From a virus, in IMG/VR virus record IMGVR_UViG_3300049846_001128, positions 20,741 to 84,740 of that record: 64,000 nucleotides of DNA; one strand, given 5' to 3'. The notes beneath the pieces were generated by a model. That model was given only the letters and a program-made list of their open reading frames with translations, searched no databases and was not told the DNA's origin. The stretch's first letter is position 1; each line of letters starts with the position of its first letter. The position numbers were made by a program, and so were the translations under genes. This document shows positions 59,740-64,000 of this stretch, in pieces.

Positions 59740-59773
59740 AGGTTTTTCCTTTTGAAAAACTCAGCTTTGAGTA

Positions 59774-60193
59774 TCAAAGCAAAGCCTTTCCAAGCTCAGT
59801 TCTGCTTAGCATAAACTCCGTTTTGTCCTTGTATCTCACTCCGGCTACGAAATAGCCTCTCATAGATGAACTACTGAAACTAAAATACCAAACTGAAGGG
59901 TCATTCTTTACTTTATCCAAATCAACCAGCCTCTCGTAACTTTTCCAAGCTTCTATTGGATTTCCTTTAATGCCGACAATGCTCTCTTTGTTTAGGGTAA
60001 ATCCAGCCGCTTCTAGCCTAGCCTTTGTTTCCTCTGACTCGTCGTGTTTTAAGAGCCTATAAACTTTTGCACAATAATAAGTGTAAGTTCCGACCACAGG
60101 CTTCCCAATTAAATCCTTACAAACTGGAACTTCCCTTTTCTCTAGGAATTTGTCAAGGGAAGATTTATTAGTTTTATATGGTTTTTCTTTCAT
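59774..60193 (-). CDS. Tag-bearing protein (139 aa)
   Basis: ...LSRTELGKALL*. Confidence 0.7.
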   Translation of the reverse strand: MKEKPYKTNKSSLDKFLEKREVPVCKDLIGKPVVGTYTYYCAKVYRLLKHDESEETKARLEAAGFTLNKESIVGIKGNPIEAWKSYERLVDLDKVKNDPSVWYFSFSSSSMRGYFVAGVRYKDKTEFMLSRTELGKALL

Positions 60194-60227
60194 AGGTTTT
60201 TCCTTTTGAAAAGCAAGGCTTTTATTC

Positions 60228-60458
60228 TCAAAGTAGAGCCTTTAATAGTGGAGTTATTCTTATCCATCCTGCATTGGCTAGTCTTTCGTCGTCAAAATCA
60301 TAAAATTTCTCAGCGTAATTTGCAAATTCATCTCCATTGTCTACTCTATACCATTTCCATGAGAATGAACTTTTAGTTACCTCAGTCACAACTCCCTTAA
60401 ACTTTCGAGACTCGTCAAGGAAACAGTCTCCAACCTTCAACTCTCTAATCCAGTTCAC
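60228..60458 (-). CDS. Tag-family SH3-like small protein
   Basis: LKVGDCF...RITPLLKALL*. Confidence 0.75.
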   Translation of the reverse strand: MNWIRELKVGDCFLDESRKFKGVVTEVTKSSFSWKWYRVDNGDEFANYAEKFYDFDDERLANAGWIRITPLLKALL

Positions 60459-60700
60459 AGTAAAGCCTCGGTCAATTCAGTTAGTGGGATTAATTGAGCA
60501 GAAACTTCTTCCCATATAATAGCTGAAACTAAGCTGTGCCAGCCTAAGCCTCGGTACATATCATTGGAACTTCCTCTGCGTTCAGAATATTCGTAGTGAA
60601 TGATATAATTGTCAATTTTGGTTATTGCTAAGGTACTGTAGTCAGTGTCGAAGTATTTCATTCCTTCAACTACGTAAAACCTATCTCCTACTTTTGGCAT
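60455..60700 (-). CDS. Tag-family SH3-like small protein
   Basis: MPKVGDRF...PLTELTEALL*. Confidence 0.75.
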   Translation of the reverse strand: MPKVGDRFYVVEGMKYFDTDYSTLAITKIDNYIIHYEYSERRGSSNDMYRGLGWHSLVSAIIWEEVSAQLIPLTELTEALL

Positions 60701-60780
60701 AACTCTCCAATTTACTAAGGACAAATCCCTTAGCCACGGCTAATAATAGCACAAGTATGACAAACAGTGCAAGAGAAATC

Positions 60781-60978
60781 TTAGTAAAGAGCTTGTATAA
60801 GTTCCGTAGCGCGGATGAAATCCAGTTTGAAAGTTTCAAGCCTAACTGATGAATTGAGTCCGAAGTTATACTCATAGAAAATATAATTATCCCTTATTAA
60901 AGTTATTCTAACAGGCTGGTTTTGGCATGAAGGAGCATAGCGTTCACCAATGTTTATATAAATATCTCCAACTTTCAT
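60781..60978 (-). CDS. Tag-family SH3-like small protein
   Basis: MKVGDIY...RATELIQALY*. Confidence 0.75.
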   Translation of the reverse strand: MKVGDIYINIGERYAPSCQNQPVRITLIRDNYIFYEYNFGLNSSVRLETFKLDFIRATELIQALY

Positions 60979-61181
60979 AACAAAGCTCGCATTAATTCTG
61001 TGGCTAAAGTAGCGTCAGTAACGGGAATTTCTTTGTCTTTTAAGTCGCCATCGAGAAATTTAACCTTGTACTTATTTTGAAAATTTTTATTACCTCTAAC
61101 TTCAGTAACTACCGCTAGCTTATTGTCAAAGCTTTTAAAGTACTTATCCTTAGTAATTACAAAATCGCCAACTTTAATCAT
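60975..61181 (-). CDS. Tag-family SH3-like small protein
   Basis: MIKVGDFV...LATELMRALL*. Confidence 0.75.
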   Translation of the reverse strand: MIKVGDFVITKDKYFKSFDNKLAVVTEVRGNKNFQNKYKVKFLDGDLKDKEIPVTDATLATELMRALL

Positions 61182-61393
61182 AAAAGAGCCTCTATTAGAG
61201 GAGTTACTTGTATTAAACGATTATCATAGTAAATCTTCGATTTATAACCTACAAGTGAATCATGTTTTGATGCTATTAAATAACAGAAATTGTAGCATTT
61301 CTTAATCTCATCATACCCTGTTATCTCAATTAAAACAATTTCACCATCATGTCCCCAGTGAGGGTCTAGGTACTTCTTACCTATTTCTAGCAT
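61178..61393 (-). CDS. Tag-family SH3-like small protein
   Basis: MLEIGKKY...QVTPLIEALL*. Confidence 0.75.
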   Translation of the reverse strand: MLEIGKKYLDPHWGHDGEIVLIEITGYDEIKKCYNFCYLIASKHDSLVGYKSKIYYDNRLIQVTPLIEALL

Positions 61394-62202
61394 TCTTTGT
61401 CCTTAATATAAATAGCTTTTTTCATGTTATGTTTTGGACAATATGTTTTGTGTATACTGAAAAGTTTAAACTTTCGATCAAGGTAAATACTAGAATCTTT
61501 GTATATATAATCCAAGAATGCCAAGAACGATCTACCTGTATATTTTATAGACATTCCTTTTTTATTAAAATAAGCTATAATATTTGCTTTATGGTAAATT
61601 CCCAAAAGCATATCAATAGAATTAGTGGTATAGCCACAACTAGGAATACCGTGATGATCTAGTGACTTAGCTACCCAACCATCTCCATCGAAAAAACCTC
61701 TTATAAAATGCCTATAGTTCTCTTCTGAAAGACCTAAAGGAAATTTTATACTATGACTTTTCTTATGAGATTTTGAATTATAATCTATACCTAACAATAA
61801 GCATAAATCTTGACACATACGCTTAGATGATATCGTTAATTCACAAAAATTCCCCTCTATCATTTTTATTGGAGATTCTATACTTAAATAGTGCTTTAAT
61901 TTTTCTAAAATGTCAATATCTTTTTTGTTAATTTTTATGACAATTTGCCTTTTTCTAACATGTCCATCCGAAGCTATAAAGCCTAAAAAATATGAAGAAT
62001 ACTCATTCAAGTTAGAAGCATCAGAAAACATCAAATCATCTAAACTTTTAAATAAACATGAAGGATTATTCCTCCCAGCTCTTTTACCTATACTATATTT
62101 AATCTTACAAGCATTCCCACAAAAATGATCTTTATACATTGCTAACCGAGATGGTTTTCGATGAATTTCTTTGCTACAACTTGAACAGTTAATAATTGGC
62201 AT
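61387..62202 (-). mobile_element. Free-standing LAGLIDADG homing endonuclease with N-terminal zinc finger
   Basis: 'YFLGFIASDG' and 'HFIRGFFDGDG'; CxxC...CGNAC; markedly AT-rich. Confidence 0.85.
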
Positions 62203-63410
62203 TACGGTCTATCCTGTATTCTTATTACCTTTCCAAAATCAGCAGGAGCCGGAGAGTTACGAACCAATGCCCAAAGAAACGGAATTTTAGGGTCTTCTGG
62301 TCTATCTGCACAGTCACCATCTCCAAAATATAATATACCATCAACCTTCAACGATTTGGCATGTTTTATTGGACCATTGTAGGCTGTTCCACCTCTCCCT
62401 TTAAAGTCAGGCTGCTTCTTTGAGTCAAACTCATAAACATTCTTAACGTCACAGTCAGCCTCAATAACAGTTATTTTAACCCCACACTTATGAATGGCTT
62501 CCATCTCTGTCCAAAACATTGCCAACTCTTTGTCGGAAACTGAGCCGGAAGTGTCAACACAAAGCCCTAAATGAAGCTCAGGCTTGCGTTTTGAGCCGGG
62601 CTGTAGGATTCCATAGCGACGGTTTCTGCGCTTTCTCGTAGCCATTTTTAGGCTCTTCTGAGTATTAACGTAAAACTGTCTTAGCTGTTGCTTCCAGTTT
62701 ACTTGGCTTTCATTAAGCTTTGCTACAATGGCTGCAATGTCACCAGAAACATTACCAATTCCACCAGCGTTTTTAACGGCTTTGTTCACAGCGTCTTTGA
62801 TAACTTCTTTTTGAACCTCGGCAGAGCCTTCTGACTTCTCCCATTGGCTATGGTCGTCGGCAGTTTCTCCCATTCCATCCCCTGATTGAGGTAAGAGGTC
62901 TTGGTTTTGTTCGGCAAATTCATTAATTTTATTGTAATAATACTCTGCCAATTCTCCTTCAGTCATGGGAGAGAAAGTTCTTTGATCAGCTTTATTCTCA
63001 GGCTTTTGATTATGCTCGTCAACCATTGACTTAAGCTTTTCATTAAGCTTTGCAACAGTAACCCCTCCAACAGTGTTGGTGAAATCTATTAAGTCGTTTC
63101 TGTTAATAGTGGCATCGGTTGAAATATTAAATCGCTTGTGTAGTTCTTTTGAAGTTGCACCAATTTGCTTAGCTCTTGAAATATGTTCGCGGAAAATATG
63201 TTCACACTCATGCTTTAAAAGCTTACAAGCGTGGTTAAGGCTTAAATTATTAACAAAGTCAGGGTTATAAACCATGTTTACTTTGTCAGTTATATAAACT
63301 CCAGCAGAGGGACAAGTTTTATCAACAGTAATTTTCATGTTTAATAGTAAATGCCCGTAAAAAGGCTCAGCGTGAGTTAGGGCGATGATTGCTTCTCTAA
63401 GTCTGTTCAT
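62202..63410 (-). CDS. DUF2201-type metallopeptidase + VWA-like domain protein
   Basis: 'HECEH' HExxH, 'DDHSQW', MIDAS 'DTSGS', 'GRGGT', 'FGDG'. Confidence 0.85.
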   Translation of the reverse strand: MNRLREAIIALTHAEPFYGHLLLNMKITVDKTCPSAGVYITDKVNMVYNPDFVNNLSLNHACKLLKHECEHIFREHISRAKQIGATSKELHKRFNISTDATINRNDLIDFTNTVGGVTVAKLNEKLKSMVDEHNQKPENKADQRTFSPMTEGELAEYYYNKINEFAEQNQDLLPQSGDGMGETADDHSQWEKSEGSAEVQKEVIKDAVNKAVKNAGGIGNVSGDIAAIVAKLNESQVNWKQQLRQFYVNTQKSLKMATRKRRNRRYGILQPGSKRKPELHLGLCVDTSGSVSDKELAMFWTEMEAIHKCGVKITVIEADCDVKNVYEFDSKKQPDFKGRGGTAYNGPIKHAKSLKVDGILYFGDGDCADRPEDPKIPFLWALVRNSPAPADFGKVIRIQDRP

Positions 63411-63418
63411 AAATACTC

Positions 63419-64000
63419 CTACAAAAGAGATAGGTTAAGTAAAGTTTCAGCAGTGACTCCGTGAGATGCGTAAATTCCGTACCCATCTCGGTACTCCAAA
63501 GCCTTAAGCTCATTATGATGCAATTTGCCATCTTTGTCAATGGAAATTCTCATGGGAAAGTCAGAAAGAATTGCAATTTCTGGAAACAAATAACTGTGGT
63601 GAAATTCCTTAGAATGTTCACAATACTCTGAAAAAAGACCAAAATCTTTTATACTATTTGGGAATAACTCATTCAGTAAAAAGTCATAATACCAATAATA
63701 GGATTGATTCCAGTTTGAAATAGCTTCCCAAACAAGTTGGCTATCAAGTTGGCTATCAAGTTGGCTATAAAGTTGGCTATCAAGTTGGCTATCAAGTTGG
63801 CTATAAAGTTGGCTATCAAGTTGGCTATAAAGTTGGCTACGAAGTCGGCTATAAAGTTGGCTATCAAGTTGGCTATCAAGTTGGCTATAAAGTTGGCTAT
63901 CAAGTTGGCTATCAAGTTGGCTATAAAGTTGGCTATCAAGTTGGCTATAAAGTTGGCTACGAAGTCGGCTATAAAGTCGGCTATCAAGTTGGCTATCAAG
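63419..64000 (-). CDS. DUF6745-like protein with (L-D/Y/R-S-Q/R)n repeat (5' truncated; not in ORF track)
   Basis: Open frame LDSQLDSRLYSRLRSQ...then 'SDFPMRISIDKDGKLHHNELKALEYRDGYGIYASHGV', ends ETLLNLSLL*. Confidence 0.75.
   Translation of the reverse strand, partial: LDSQLDSRLYSRLRSQLYSQLDSQLYSQLDSQLDSQLYSQLDSQLDSQLYSRLRSQLYSQLDSQLYSQLDSQLDSQLYSQLDSQLDSQLVWEAISNWNQSYYWYYDFLLNELFPNSIKDFGLFSEYCEHSKEFHHSYLFPEIAILSDFPMRISIDKDGKLHHNELKALEYRDGYGIYASHGVTAETLLNLSLL
63734..64000. repeat. 12-bp tandem repeat (AAGTTGGCTATC/A), about 22 copies, with 120-bp higher-order period
   Basis: Direct reading; 63781-63840 is identical to 63901-63960. Confidence 0.95.

Noticed and set aside
34521-61393. Integron cassettes or DGR as the source of the tag genes
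   Set aside because: No integrase, attC-like sites, reverse transcriptase or template/variable repeat pair seen; conservation is mostly at peptide level
63673-63999. Tracked ORF with IANL/IANF repeats
   Set aside because: Shadow frame of the repeat; the LDSQ frame runs on into a DUF6745-like domain
63734-64000. CRISPR array or iterons
   Set aside because: Contiguous 12-mers without spacers, in frame within a gene

Overview
A 64-kb piece of a tailed dsDNA phage genome with podovirus-like architecture; a Gram-negative, possibly Bdellovibrionota-like host is only an inference. The + strand (1-31.7 kb) carries the late genes: scaffold C-terminus, major capsid, a large modular fibre/spike cluster, adaptor, nozzle, ejection proteins, a GNAT and a pesticin-type muramidase. 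The - strand (31.7-64 kb) carries early/replication genes: family B DNA polymerase, primase, DnaB-like helicase, ERF recombinase, PD-(D/E)XK nuclease, NrdA/NrdB, a signal-peptide ClpP-like protease, a LAGLIDADG endonuclease, a VWA/metallopeptidase and DUF6745. Most striking: about 30 small, highly divergent genes scattered through the early region all end in the same octapeptide [T/S]-x-L-x-[E/K]-A-L-x-stop, mostly on SH3/KOW-like 'KVGD' domains, and the tag DNA often doubles as the RBS and start of the next gene. Also seen: a promoter-driven, highly structured ~280-nt antisense ncRNA in the late operon, a dnaX-type -1 frameshift cassette in an ejection-protein gene, and a repeated candidate late-promoter motif. 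Family assignments come from recognised motifs and synteny, not database searches.
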